Below, in pieces: positions 16,114 through 29,400 of a stretch of DNA of 64,000 bases. Made by a program: the position numbers and the translations under genes. The notes under the pieces were generated by a model, which was not told the DNA's origin, did not search any database, and worked only from the letters and a program-made list of their open reading frames with translations. How positions within the stretch are numbered: position 1 is the stretch's first letter; each line of letters begins with the position of its first letter. Location: positions 327,269 through 391,268 of the forward strand of contig DASPLQ010000012.1 in the NCBI GenBank assembly GCA_035627515.1, written 5' to 3'. This DNA comes from Vitreimonas sp. GTDB taxonomy: Bacteria > Patescibacteriota > Microgenomatia > UBA1400 > PJMF01.

Positions 16114-18213
16114 ATGTCAGCTCGTCACCCTCGGACAGCTGCTCACCGAGTTGGCACTCTCACCACTCACTTACTTTTTGTGTTCTTTTCAGTTTTTTTT
16201 GGCTTAGGATCAGGCTTTTTAGGATTTTCTGTCCAAGCTCAAGATGGAGGGATTGGTCCAGGTGAAGATTTTTTAACTAACCCCAAAATAAGAGAAGTAA
16301 ATGTCACGGCGACTGTACCTGATAACTTGCCACCGACAGCTCCGGTCTTGATCTCCCCCAACAACAATTCCTATGTCACCATCAATAAGCCAAGTTTTGT
16401 TTGGCAAGCCTCGAGTGATGACAATGGCATTAGCCACTATAAAATGTCGCTTGATGGCGTCGATTACATCGATAACATTCCTACTACCGCGACTGATAAT
16501 GCGACGTATACGCTGACCTATAACGCCGTTTCTGATGAGTATACGCTGACGCCTAAAACTGGCCTGAGTGAAGGTACTCACACCTGGAAAATTCGCGGCA
16601 CCGATACGCTCGGCAATGGCAGTGATTCTGCTACCTGGACCTTCACCATTGATACCCAGGCTCCAGCTTTTGTGATTACCCAGCTGGGAACCGCCACCAC
16701 CAGTATTTCTAGCCAAGATATCAGTACTATTCCTAGTACACCTCTGGAACTGAGCGCAAATGAACCACTACTGGTGGGCACAGGTGAGGCCAATAGTAGC
16801 GTCCAGCTGACGGTGAGTATTCCAGATGATCCAACTCAAAATTTTAGTTTCAGCATCACAGGCAGTAGTACTTGGGAACAGCAGTTGGGGATCTTGCCTC
16901 GCGACGTCACCATCTTGCTTGATTTTGTGATCACTGACCTAGCTGGCAACGTCTCTATCTTGAGTAATGTGCCGTTTACTATTCCCAGCCCAGTGATCAT
17001 TTTCCCACCTGCCAGTGCTTCTCCTTCTCCATCCCCTACCCCCAGCCCCGCTGCCTCCACCGAGCCAGGAGCTAGCCCTTCACCCACACCAGAGGTTTTT
17101 CCTAATCCCAGTCCTTCACCTTCACCGTTGATTGTGATTCCATACATTCCGCCGCGGGAAGTGGCACACTCTTTTACTCAAGAATTAGCGGAAAACTTAA
17201 GCTTTTTGACCGATGCTGTGCCAGCTCCTATCCGAGAAACCGTAGCTGAAGTGGCTAATACCATTGCACCTACCTCTGGGCTGATTGTGGCCACCTCGAT
17301 TCCGCTAATCTCCACGGTGGCAGTGGCCTCGCAATTTGGCTGGAGTGTCTCTCCAGATCTAATCATTAAAATTCTCCAAGCGTTGGGTCTCTTACCAGCC
17401 GGAAAACCTCAAGGTTTGGTCTATGACAGTGAAACGCGCCAACCAATAGCCTTTGTAGTCTTAACTATCACTAGTCAAGATCCTGAGCACTTAATTAAAG
17501 AGACCGTGGTCACAGATGCCGATGGCGTCTATCGCGGCTTTAAGTTACCACCGGGTAAATATATCCTCGAAGCCAATCAACAAGAATATCGCTTCCCTAC
17601 CCGGCTAGCTCGCCCCCCTTACTTGAGTATGAACGACTTTTACAAAGGTGAGGTCTTTACCGTCACTCAAAATAACCAAGATCAGTTATTCTTAATTCCA
17701 ATGGATCGCCTGACAGAGTTGCCTAATGGGACGTGGAAATCAAAGGGACGAATTTTCTTAGCCCAAATTAATCGTCGTCTGCAGTTTTTAGCTCTGCCTC
17801 TGTTTCTATTCTCGGGTTTCTTGGCCTTGCTCTACCCTTCGATCTGGAATTGGCTGGTGTTTGGCTTTTATTGTTTCTTACTGGGGCGGACAGTCTTGGA
17901 TTGGTTTAAAACTCCCCAGATTACGGGCACTGCTATCGATGAGTTTGGAACCGGGGTGAAAGACGCCGTGATCCGGATTGGGTGGCCAGAAACTAACGAG
18001 CTGGTCAAGATCTTGCTGACAGATAAGAATGGCAACTTCAAAGCCTTCCTGGCGCCTGGGGAGTATCAAATGACAATCATTAAGCTGGGTTACGTCTGGT
18101 ATGAAAAAGACGCTCCGATGAGTTTGTACCAAGTCAAAGCATCTGACAAACCAGTCAACATAGTAGCAGCTCTCCGCTCCACTGAGAGCTTATATAAAGA
18201 GTTGTTTGGGTAG
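16114..18213 (+). CDS. large surface protein: signal peptide, Ig/FN3-like domain, Pro/Ser-rich linker, two TM segments, two CarboxypepD_reg-like beta-sandwich domains
   Basis: Ig/FN3-like domain (PTAPVLISPNNNSYVTINKPSFVWQASSDDNGISHYKMSLDG...) resembles the FN3-like repeats of giant protein 2. PSPSPTPSP linker. GLVYDSETRQPIAFVVLTITS...TDADGVYRGFKLPPGKYILEA and ...TDKNGNFKAFLAPGEYQMTI resemble carboxypeptidase regulatory-like domains. Confidence 0.65.
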   Translation: MSARHPRTAAHRVGTLTTHLLFVFFSVFFGLGSGFLGFSVQAQDGGIGPGEDFLTNPKIREVNVTATVPDNLPPTAPVLISPNNNSYVTINKPSFVWQASSDDNGISHYKMSLDGVDYIDNIPTTATDNATYTLTYNAVSDEYTLTPKTGLSEGTHTWKIRGTDTLGNGSDSATWTFTIDTQAPAFVITQLGTATTSISSQDISTIPSTPLELSANEPLLVGTGEANSSVQLTVSIPDDPTQNFSFSITGSSTWEQQLGILPRDVTILLDFVITDLAGNVSILSNVPFTIPSPVIIFPPASASPSPSPTPSPAASTEPGASPSPTPEVFPNPSPSPSPLIVIPYIPPREVAHSFTQELAENLSFLTDAVPAPIRETVAEVANTIAPTSGLIVATSIPLISTVAVASQFGWSVSPDLIIKILQALGLLPAGKPQGLVYDSETRQPIAFVVLTITSQDPEHLIKETVVTDADGVYRGFKLPPGKYILEANQQEYRFPTRLARPPYLSMNDFYKGEVFTVTQNNQDQLFLIPMDRLTELPNGTWKSKGRIFLAQINRRLQFLALPLFLFSGFLALLYPSIWNWLVFGFYCFLLGRTVLDWFKTPQITGTAIDEFGTGVKDAVIRIGWPETNELVKILLTDKNGNFKAFLAPGEYQMTIIKLGYVWYEKDAPMSLYQVKASDKPVNIVAALRSTESLYKELFG

Positions 18214-19212
18214 GGCTGGTTAAAGGCTTCTTAAGGCTGAGCGGCTGAGAACCGGTACTTATCAGTCACGACTCGGTCTTTCATCTTAAAGTATCCTTCA
18301 ATTGCATGACACTTTTTTGGCTTGTATGATTTTTGCCAATATTCATACAAGTAAAAATTTGGCCACATTTAGGAACATTCCTCCGGGATGCTTTATCATG
18401 GTTAGTGATGTTACTGCAAAAGCTAGCCTGGACACACGTCAAAATGTACGTTTTGTACATAGCCCAGGGGAACTTCTGAAGTAAGTGCTCATGATGTAAG
18501 GCCTTTAAGACGGATTCTTAAGGGGCGCTAAAAAAGAGCCTTATCTTTTTTTGTTTGACAGTGGTTGTTCAAAAAGTGAACTTTGTGAAGGTTGTGCTAT
18601 TTTTGTTAATAATCGCACAAGTCTTATGAATGCGTGTTAATTGTGGTCCAATTCCCCGCCGCTTTTTGTAATGAGCATTACAACTATGAAGCTTTAACCT
18701 ATTTAACGAATGGGTTTAATACCAACCATTCATTTTTTTAAAAGTTACTAATCCTTATTCGCACATTGAACAGCCGGCTAAAAGCCTTTTAAATGGCATG
18801 GATATTTAGAGCCTATATTAATTAAGAAACCCTCTCTCTTCACTCCCTAAAATATAGAGTTTTTCAGTTGGTGATGATTCTCTCCACTAACTGCCTATGG
18901 GTCACTAAAATCACAAAAATCCTCACTTTTGCATCTTTTTCGCACCAATTTAAAGCGAATTTTAACTTAAAATTTAAACATGTTTATTAACGCATGATTA
19001 ATGCTTTATTGTTGCAAGATCTGGTATTTAATACCCGCAAATAAATAATTTAAGTTATTAAGCTATCTTTAGGTATATTTTTGGTTGTCAGTTTTTTATA
19101 AAATCCAATACCCGAAGCAAACAAAACAAATTAACTCTCTACACACATTGTTTAACTAGCTGGGGATAAAAAGTGTTCAGCTTGAGGACGTAAGAAAAAC
19201 GTAAGCGATTTT

Positions 19213-19968
19213 CTATTTTTGTCCTATAAGTATGAGGAGTTCGCGCCATTTACTAAGTATCGCGATTGGTGACTCTTCTTGAGAAACACTTGAGGCAGCA
19301 AGACCCACGTCTTCGTTAAATAAGAAGTAAAAACGATCGTAGATCAGGGCGATTTGCTCTTTTTGCTTGCCGGTCAATTCTTTTTTGTTCTTACAATTCT
19401 CTATCAGAGTTCTTACATCTCTGCTAACTCCAGAGTATCCATTTTTAAGGGTTTGTAAACCAATTAAGCGGTCTAAAAGTAACTGTTGGTCCCCTACTTC
19501 CCAACTCGCAATTTTAAAAATGACAATGGCATTCCCGTATAAGAGCTTACTTTCCTGGAGCACTCTTGAGGGGAACTCTCCCGGATAAAGGTATGCGCCT
19601 CGAGAAAGAGAGATCGCAGTATGCTCAATTAACAACCGTCGCAAATAACGAAAGTTAGGATCGGATTTAGGAGGCTGCAAAAACAACATACATGACCACT
19701 CCCCCTGCCAAGTTAGCCAGTGAGGCTGCAAAGCCGGAAATAAGCTTTCCACTATGTGTTTACCGTGTAGTCCCAGCTTTACACACGGTCCAAGATCGGT
19801 TTTCTCGATGATGATCAAGCCTTCCTTGGTTAATAAATGCAACACTGATCTGAAACCAGGCGCAGTTATTTCGGGAACCAGGAGTGACCAGGTAGTGATC
19901 GGCACAAGATTTGGGTTTTCTTTAGGTGAATACAGAGCGAGCAGGAGCTTTTTTGAAGTACTTTTCAT
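19213..19968 (-). CDS. PaaX-family-like transcriptional regulator (winged helix plus PaaX_C-like domain)
   Basis: W..QGEWSCMLFLQPPKSDPNFRYLRRLLIEHTAISLSRGAYLYP matches the PaaX_C pattern (WDG.WHLV.F..PE...R...R..L...GFG.L..G.W..P). The N-terminus is winged-helix-like (VLHLLTKEGLI). The gene sits in a low-GC island. Confidence 0.45.
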   Translation of the reverse strand: MKSTSKKLLLALYSPKENPNLVPITTWSLLVPEITAPGFRSVLHLLTKEGLIIIEKTDLGPCVKLGLHGKHIVESLFPALQPHWLTWQGEWSCMLFLQPPKSDPNFRYLRRLLIEHTAISLSRGAYLYPGEFPSRVLQESKLLYGNAIVIFKIASWEVGDQQLLLDRLIGLQTLKNGYSGVSRDVRTLIENCKNKKELTGKQKEQIALIYDRFYFLFNEDVGLAASSVSQEESPIAILSKWRELLILIGQK

Positions 19969-20371
19969 CTTTAACGCAAAATAAGTCTAAATATATCTAT
20001 ATTAAAAAGTATCATTTAATTCTTTAATCAATATTCGAGCTACCGAAACTGCTTTTTAAGACTCATTTGTGAATTTAAAAGTAATAATTTTAAATATTAG
20101 CCTGGTAAACAACATTAGAATTATTAAATTTTAGTTTTCTGTTCATAAAGTATACATTTTTTAAACAAATCACAAAAGGGAGACATCGGGTCAGAGTGTG
20201 AGCAAATGTCTGCCCACCTTTTCTAGATTTATTTGGATGATCTCTTTTGTATGAATTTGGTAAGCATGAAAAATCGTGAAAATTAACGCAATTTACGGCC
20301 AGTTTTCGGTTTTTAACAGGCTGTATATACTCTTACGCGCGCACGAAGTTTCCAGGCTAAACTTGAGGGAT

Positions 20372-20400
20372 TGACCTGCCTCCTCGAGTTCCCTAAACTT
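20372..20400 (+). promoter_or_regulatory. candidate sigma70-type promoter for giant gene 1
   Basis: TTGACC (20372-20377), 17-nt spacer, TAAACT (20395-20400), ~60 nt upstream of the ATG at 20462. The -10 is weak. Purely a sequence match. Confidence 0.2.
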
Positions 20401-20461
20401 ATTGAGTGACTTCTAAAGCGTCTAACAAATCTGGATTAGACACTCCCTAACTCACAAACTC

Positions 20462-23400
20462 ATGTCTGCCCCCCTCACTGCCCCTACGAGCTTGCCTGCC
20501 CTTTGGCTGTCTTTTGTCCAAAAACAGGCCGTGAGCGAAAGCGACCAACACTTGCTCATCGGTTATGTATCTAAATTTGCCAGTAGTTTAGCCACCCCCG
20601 CCGATTGGTCTGTTGAATCTCTTACCGAGTTCTTAGCAAAAAACAATTTCAGTGAGTTATCTTTGACACAGCGTCGTACGTGGCTGAGCGAGTTTGTCCG
20701 CTCAATTTCTTCACGCCAGATTGGCGTCACCCTCTACCTTTTCGAATTAGCACTCATCAAAGGTAACTGCTCAAAAGCAACCGTCCGGAATTATCGCAGT
20801 GATATCAATCAATTTTTTGATTTCTGCCAAACTACCGAAGTCTCCGAAGCACTCACCAAACCCAAACTCCAGGCTTTTGAACAGCACCAAAGCCTGAAAG
20901 GTCTTCAACCTTCCAGTATCAAACGCAAAGTTTCTAGTATCACCCAGTTTGGCCAATGGCTGCACAAGGCTGGCTACCCCATCGAACTGGTGGTTGAGAA
21001 CCTTACCGCCGCAGAAGTTATTTCTACTCCGGTAGCAGAGGAAAAAATTGAACACGAAATTTCCTCAAGTCAACTTGAGACAGATAAATTAGCTGAGTTA
21101 TCCCTGCGCGAAGAAGTCGCTGATCTGAAAGCTCAAGTCAAAAGACAAGCCCGTGCCTGGTTCTTACCCTACTTGACCTTAGCCACCCTGATCTTGTTCT
21201 TTGCTGGTCTGGCAGTGTTTGGGTATCGCCAGTTCTTCCGCGACGTGCCTACCCCCTTGGCCTACCCCAGTAGTCCAGTCCGTGCTGATCGAGTGCTGTC
21301 CTTCCAAGGCCGCCTAACTGACACCGCTCAAAACCCGATCACCACCGCCACTAACATGACCTTCAAGCTCTTCGATTCTGGCCCTTCCATCGTGAGCGGC
21401 ACTGAGCTGTGGTCATCCGGCACTTGTAGCGTTACTCCTGATCAAGACGGTATCTTCAACGCCGGGCTTGGTGACGACTGTGGCAGCGAGATCCCTGATG
21501 ACGTTTTCACTGAGAACGCCAATGTCTGGCTCCAAGTCCAGGTGGCAGCTGAAACCCTGTCACCTCGCCAACCGATCCGGACCGTGGCCTACGCCATTAA
21601 CTCTGAGACGGTTCAGGGCTATCCTGTCACCGCCTCCGGATCAGCTACCGTCAATACCTTGCTGACTATGGACTCATCGGGTAACGTGATTTTGGGCGAA
21701 ACCTCACCGAAGCTCAAATCAGTTTCGGGTACTTTTACCCTAGAAGGCCAGACTATTAAGCTTCAAACCACTTCGGGTGGTAATGGCAATATCATCATCG
21801 ATGCCGATGGTACTGGCGGCACCTTCATCAACGATTACCTGAAGGCTCCAGGAGCTACCCTCAGTGCCACTTACGCTGGGGGCGTGCCATTGACGGTCCT
21901 CGGTGGACCAAGTGGTATGGGGAACTTAGCTAACTTCCAAAACAATGGTGGCACCAATTTACTGACCGTCGATGCCTCTGGTAATCTGAGTACAATTGGT
22001 GGGATTGGTCATTCTTTCGGAAACGTGGGTGGTAACCTGACTTTGAACTCAGCTGGGACCATCGAACTGCTTGATGCTACTAACGTCACCGGCGCGTTGT
22101 CAGCTACTGGCAACATCAACTCTTCCGGCGGCAGCTTACAAACGGGCGGCACTTCCCGCATCGACAACTCCGGAAACTTAACCAACATCGGCACCACCCA
22201 ACTCAACGGCATCACCTACACTTGGCCAGGTTCTCAAAACTCAAATTATATTCTTCAAACCAACGGCTCCGGCACTCTCACCTGGGCTGACCCAGCTGCC
22301 TTAGCTGGTGCCTCCACCTTCTGGCTTCAAAACAACGGCGCCCTCTACCCCAAGAACTCGACTGTCGATTTCTTACTCGGCGGCCAAGCTACCTCAAGTG
22401 CCAAGTTCGCTGTCTTGAACTTGAACTCTGGCACGCCAACTGCCACCTTGTCTGGAACCACCACTGGTGCTGCTTTGTACATGACTGGTGAAGGAACGTT
22501 GGCCACCACCCAGAATCGCTCACTGTTGCTTAACCCGACTGGTGGCTTTGTGGGAATTGGGACCAGCAATCCAGCGGCAAAACTGGATGTAGTCGACACT
22601 TTACGAGTAACTTCACTTGATGGCACTAACTGGAGCTCAATAAACACCACTAACGCTGGAAATAGCCGGTGGTCGTATGAGGGAAGCAGCACCTATTTAG
22701 ATTTGAACCAAAACGGGGCGATTACTGCTGGATCCAGATTTATTGTCGGCACAGCTGGAGGCACCGGCGATACCGGTGATTTGGCAGCGGGTGCAAACGG
22801 TGGCTCCCGAATAGCCTGGTTAAGAAGAGTTTCCACGAATAGACCAACTTTGGATTTTTACAACTTGAGCAACGTCCTGGTAAACAGTATTTCTGCCAAT
22901 ACAACTGATCCCACCTACTTCACCGGTGCCCTGTTTGGTATCGGGACTTCAACTCCTACCGCCTTCACTCACATCAACGGCGGCTATGGGGCTAACGATG
23001 CTTTGACTGTCAATCAAACTTTGGGTGGCAACATCTTGAGTGCGTCTTCCTCAGGGACCACACGCTTAATCCTCACCAACGGTGGACAATTGCAAGCTTC
23101 AGCAGGGACTTCTTCTGCTCCAGGCTATTCCTTCCTGAATGCCTCTGGACTTGGTTTCTACTTGACCGGGGGTAATGAAGTTTCCTTGAGTCCAGGTGGC
23201 CACGCTAATCGCCAGATCAGATTTGGTGGCGTTTCAGGCAGTAATTGGGCTGGTACCTACTTCACAAACGATAACTTTGCCACTCACGCTGGTATTGGGC
23301 GAGCCCAAGTCAGCACCACAATTAATGACGGCTTATTCATTGGTGACATTGGGGCTACTGCTACTTTACGAGGTCTAGCTATGTCCTATCTGGCTTTGGG

Positions 23401-26400
23401 CACCCAAGCTGGCAACACTGACGTCTATCTCCAACGCGACGCGGCTCAAACTTTTGGCCAACGTAATAGCACGAATGCTCAGCAATTTAATATTTACAAC
23501 ACGTACACCTCAGCTACCAACTACGAGCGAGCTGAGTTTAACTGGATTGCTAACTCCAATGTCTTCACCATTCAAACTGGTAGAGGTTCGTTGGGTGGCT
23601 CTACTCGTGACATTGCTTTACAACCGACAAGCGGAAAAGTTGGAATCGGTACGATTGCTCCGACAGCGCTACTTCATATCAACGGCGGCTATGGTGCCAA
23701 TGATGCGTTGACTGTCAATCAAACTTTGAGTGGTAATATCTTCAGTGCGAGTGCAAGCGGAACGACCAGAATGGTGCTGACGAACTCGGGTAACCTGGGT
23801 ATTGGAACTACTACTCCAAATCAGCAACTTGAAATTCAGGGTACTACTACCCCAGGCGGAGCTCTCCGTTTATCAAGCGCTGATACCACAGTCTTTACTG
23901 ACGAACATATTGGTCAAATTGATTTCTATTCTAACGATGCCTCGCTTAATGGAGTCGGAGTGGGAGCCTTTGTCAAAGCTATCGCCGAAGATAATGGCAC
24001 CCTGTATGGCTTATCATTTGGAACTGGTCAAGCTTTAGCAGGCGCTACAGAAAAACTTCGGCTGACCAATGATGGCAACTTAGGCATAATGGCTCAAGGG
24101 GACCTCCGCTTGTACGATACAGACTCAAGCAATTACTTGGCTTTCCAAGCTCCAAGTACTGTCGGCAGTAACTTAACCTACACCTTCCCTGGCAGCGTCA
24201 CCAACGGCTACGTCTTACAAACTGATGGTTCCGGTACGCTCACTTGGGCTGATCCAGCTGTTCTGGCTGGCGCCACTGACTACTGGGCTTCCAGCTTAGG
24301 CACTCTTTACCCTAAGAACTCTACGCTCGACTTCTTGTTGGGTGGGCAGGCTACGAGTAGTGCCAAGTTTGCCGTGTTGAATTTAAACTCTGGTACACCA
24401 ACTGCCACTCTCTCTGGCACCACCACCGGGGCTGCCTTGTACATGACTGGTGAAGGCACATTGGCAACCACCCGAAATCGCTCGCTGCTACTTAACCCTA
24501 CTGGCGGCAATGTCGGAATTGGGACAAGCAACCCTAGTTATAAACTTGAGGTAAATGGTCAGACAGCAATTACGCCAACTACTGGAACAGTTTTAAAACT
24601 TGGGGCAAATGTTGATTCATCTACAGCCACCCCGGTTAGTATCGATATGGGGGGAACATATAGCAATACAGCCGGACAAAACCCTAAAATCATGTTATAT
24701 AAAGCCGGGGTATTAGAATTGGGCTTTGGTTTCTCACTGAATGAGTTTGATTATATCGCGCATTCAGCGGGCACACATGTGTTTTGGTCTGGTACCACTA
24801 GAGATGCTAGAATCTATACCGATGGAGTCAGAGTACCCTCAACTAGTGGGTATATCTTCACCAGTGATACTGGTCTAGCTACACCTGATACCGGCATTGC
24901 TCGATCATCGGCAGGAGTTATTAAACTCACAAATGGTAGCTCAGGAGATGGTTCATTATATGCCGGCGGCAGCGCCAATAACTACTTTGCTGGCAACGTT
25001 GGCATCGGTACCACCGGCCCTGACGCCAAGCTCGACTCTCTCTCCACCACCGGTGAACAACTTCGCTTAACGTACACTGATGGCTCAGCTTACACAGGCT
25101 TCACTACTAACTCAGGTGGTGACTTAACCATCGTTCCATCTGGCGGCGATGTAAACATCACAGGAAACTTAGCGTTAACGGGCACTACTACTCTCAACTC
25201 TCAAACCTACACTTGGCCAGGTTCACAAACTGCTAACTACGTCTTACAAACCAATGGTTCGGGAACCTTGAGTTGGGCTGACCCAACTTCATTCGGTTTA
25301 TGGCGCCAAAGTTTGGGTGCCATCTCGCCTATCAACAACACCTTTGATTTATTAGTTGGTTCTAACGCTACCAGCTCAGCCAAGTTTGCCGTCTTGAATG
25401 TGAACAACGGTACGCCAGTGGCTTCCGTGTCATCTGGTGTTAGTGGCACAGCTCTGTCAATGTCTGCAGACGGCACACTGACTACTAGTAGTAACCGCCC
25501 ATTAGCTATCAATCCAACTGGCGGTAACGTGGGCATCGGGACAAGTACTCCAGGGGACAAATTAACTGTTCAAGATGGCAACCTTCGTTTACAACGTTCT
25601 GATACTACCAATACTCGGCTCACTAATTATTGGGGTGGCAGTACTTCATATGGAATGAGTATCGAATCTAATATTAGTTCTGCAACTGCATATTCCAATA
25701 GCTATGGCATTAGATTAGGCACCATTTTTAGTAGTTTGCCTACTTCAGGAACTTATGATCAAGTAAGAATTATTGACAGCTTTGCACCTACCTCTGGAAC
25801 AGCAATTAGTAATGCCTTCACCGTTATGCCAACCATCAACCAAACTGGTGGAGCCAATGGCATTTCTCGAGGTATTTATATTAATCCTACGTTAACTGCT
25901 GCTGCCGATTTTAGAGGTCTGGAAATTGCTAATAATAGTGGCTATGGGATTTATCAAAGTGGAGCCAGTGCAACAAATTACTTCAATGGCACCAGCGGTT
26001 TTGGCACCACCGGACCTGATGCTAAGATTGACTCCCTCTCCACCACCGGTGAACAACTTCGCTTAACCTATACTGATGGCTCAGCTTATACAGGCTTCAC
26101 TACTAGTAGTGGTGGTGACTTAACTGTCGCTCCTTCTGGCAGTGATACTAACATCACCGGCAACCTGGATGTTTCCGGCACCTTCGCCAGTGGCACCGCC
26201 AACGCCCTTACTATAGATGCATCAGGTAATGTGGTTACCACCGGCACTCTCACCGCCAACACCGATGAAACCATCAACGGTATCGATATCAACGCCGGCG
26301 CTGTCTCTGATATCACCACCTTAGCTGCCTCTGGTCAGATTACCTTCTCTACCTTCACTACTAACGGCGGTATCTTATATACCAATGGTTCCGGTGTCTT

Positions 26401-29400
26401 AGCTCAAACCAGTGTCGGCTCTTCTGGCGAGTGTCTCCAATCCAACGGTGGCGGCGCTCCAACCTGGGGTTCGTGTAACGCTACTGCCGTCAATTACTGG
26501 CGCTTAACCAATGGCGCCTTCTCCCCAGTCAATGACACAGCTGATGTGTTGATTGGCTCCACTGCTACTAGTAGTGCAAAATTTGCCTTCTTAAATGTGA
26601 ACAGTGGCACGCCAACTGCTTCAGTCTCTGCTGGCACCACCGGCGCCACCTACATCACTGCTGCCGGGTCATTACAAACCACCGCCCGCCAATCCCTCAA
26701 CTTAGGCGGCACCACCACTGGTAACACTAATGTTCTCAACACTGCTGGCACTGCCATCGCTACCTTTGATGCTACTAATAGTCGGCTTGGTTTAGGTACC
26801 ACCGCTCCTGCTAGTAAATTAGAGGTGGTTGGTGATGATATTCGCGTCAGTAGTGAAGTTGATGCCAATGATGAACAAGGAGCTGGCATTGAGTTCTATA
26901 ACACTCTAGCCCATGCCAATGCTCAAAAAGTCGTGGCTAGTATTACTCCTTCCCGCATGCATAACACTTTCGGTGGCGGTGCGTTACTCTTTAACACAAC
27001 TAATGATGGCGTGGGCGGCACTCCCACTACGCGAATGATTATTGGTACTTCTGGTAACGTGGGTATTGGTGCTACTTCCGATAGCTCTATCAACACTCGC
27101 TCCAAACTAAATGTCTTTGTGGGCAGTGGTGACGGAGTCAGAATTATTAATAGTTCCGGATCAGGTGTGGACTGGTTACTGACTCCAGGTGTGGGCGGCG
27201 TAGACCACGATCGCTTTGGCCTCTACAATGCCGATAGTTCCACTTTCATCTGGAATGCCAAACATACTGGTGACATGGGTATTGGTACTACCGGTCAAGA
27301 TGCCCGCCTTGATGTCTTAACCACCTCTGGCGAACAACTCCGCTTAACCTACACTGATGGTACTGTTTATACCGGCTTTACTACTAATAGTGGTGGAGAC
27401 TTAACCATCGTGCCATCTGGCGGTGACGTCAACATTACTGGTAACTTGGCTTTGACCGGTACCACCACTCTCAATTCACAAACCTACACTTGGCCAGGTT
27501 CACAAACTGCTAACTACGTCCTGCAAACTAATGGTAGTGGTACCTTAAGCTGGACTAACCCTCAAAACTTTGGTCTCTGGAGACAATCACTCGGCGCTCT
27601 CTCCCCAATCAATGACACTATGGATCTCTTGGTTGGTTCCAATGCCTCTAGTTCAGCCAAGTTTGCGGTGTTAAACGTCAACTCAGGCACACCAGTGGCT
27701 TCGATTTCTGCTAACTCTGGAAATATTAATACCTATCTAACAGGTAACGGCACATTAGCGACCACTAATCGTCAAAGTTTAACGATTGGTAACTCAAGCA
27801 CCTATAACACCACTGGTAATGTTTTAATTAATTCTAATGGCCAAGGCTCCGTGGGTATTGGCACTACTACTCCTTCAGAAGAGCTGCATGTGGTGGGCGA
27901 TATTTTAGCTGGAACTAGTTTCAAAATTGGTAGCACCAATACACAAATTGATAAATATGGCGGTTGGTTCAGAATTAATACCACTGGTAGTTATGGTTTA
28001 GTGATTGATAATGCTGCTGCTAGTTTGTCATATAACAGTAATTTAAATAGCACTGGCTTAGCGGGTCTCAAAGTCACTCATGCTGATACTGCTGCTTTCG
28101 CCAATATCGGAGCTTTGAATGCAGTTATTACCAATAACGCCTATATTTCAGGACGAGCCGGTGTCGGCACTACTTCACCTACTGCTGTTTTACACGTCAG
28201 TGGTGGATATGGTGCCAACGATGCGTTCACGGTCAATCAAACTAACTCAGGTAATATCTTTAGTGCGTCTGCTTCTGGCACTACTCGTTTGACGTTAAGT
28301 AACGCTGGCAACTTAATCTTCAATCAAGCTAGTACCATTCAAACCTCCACTGGTAACTTAACTTTGGATAGTACTGGCGGCACCATCGAGTTAATCGACA
28401 ACACCAACATCACTGGCAACTTGGACGTGTCAGGTACCTTTGCCGCTGGCACTGCTGATGCTCTCACCATCGATGCCTCTGGTAACGTCGTCACCTCTGG
28501 CATTTTGACTGCAGCCACCAATGAAACCATCAATGGCATCGATATTAACGCGGGTGCGGTCAGTGACATTACCACCTTAGATGCTTCAAGTACTGTCACC
28601 TTCTCCTCCTTCACCACTGATGGTGGCGTCCTCTACACCAATGGTTCGGGTGTTTTGGCTCAAACGGCGGTTGGCTCATCTGGTCAATGTCTGCAATCAA
28701 ATGGTGGCGGCGCTCCCACTTGGGGTAGTTGTACTGGTGGCGGTAGCTTCAGTAACTGGCGCTTAACTAATGGTGCCTTCTCACCTGTCAATGACACCGC
28801 TGATGTCTTGATCGGTAGCAATGCCACCTCAAGTGCCAAGTTTGCTTTCATGAATGTGAATTCTGGGACGCCAACGGCTTCTATCTCGGCTGGAACTACT
28901 GGTGCCACTTATATCACTGCTGATGGCAAACTCCAAACTACAGCTCGCCAAAACTTGAGTCTCGGTGGCACCACCACTGGTAATACTCAAGTCTTGAACA
29001 CCGCTGGCAGCGCCTTCGCTACCTTTGATGCCACCAACAGTCGCTTAGGCATTGGCACTGCTGCTCCTCTAGCTAAACTTTCTGTGGGCCCAGGAGTAGG
29101 TGAAAAACTTCATCTGTATGATGATGGAGCGGGCACCATCTATGGTATGGGTATTCAAGCTAGCTTGATGCAACTCTATGCCCCTGCTGGCTCTCGCGTT
29201 GGAATCGGTAATGGCAGTAGCGGCAGCTTTACGGAAGCTTTATCTGTAATTGATGGCAAAGTTGGTATTGGCAATACCAGTCCCAACGCTCCATTATCAT
29301 TTGCCAACGCTGTTGGTGAAAAAGTTGTGTTGTTTGACGGTGGTTCAGCTGCTACTCGCATTGGTTCTGCTATCCAGACTAATGACTTCCAACAATATGT

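Noticed and set aside
18302-18484. 60-aa ORF in the AT-rich island
   Set aside because: Low-complexity AT-rich translation with no ribosome-binding site. More likely non-coding, though a small protein cannot be excluded.
20462-21000. Tyrosine-recombinase-like N-terminus of giant protein 1 as evidence of an integrative mobile element
   Set aside because: Only the SAM-like core-binding fold is present, with no catalytic R-K-H-R-H-Y domain. It is fused in-frame to a TM helix and 4700 aa of repeats, and no att-like repeats or tRNA targets are seen. It is a domain recruitment, not a mobile element.
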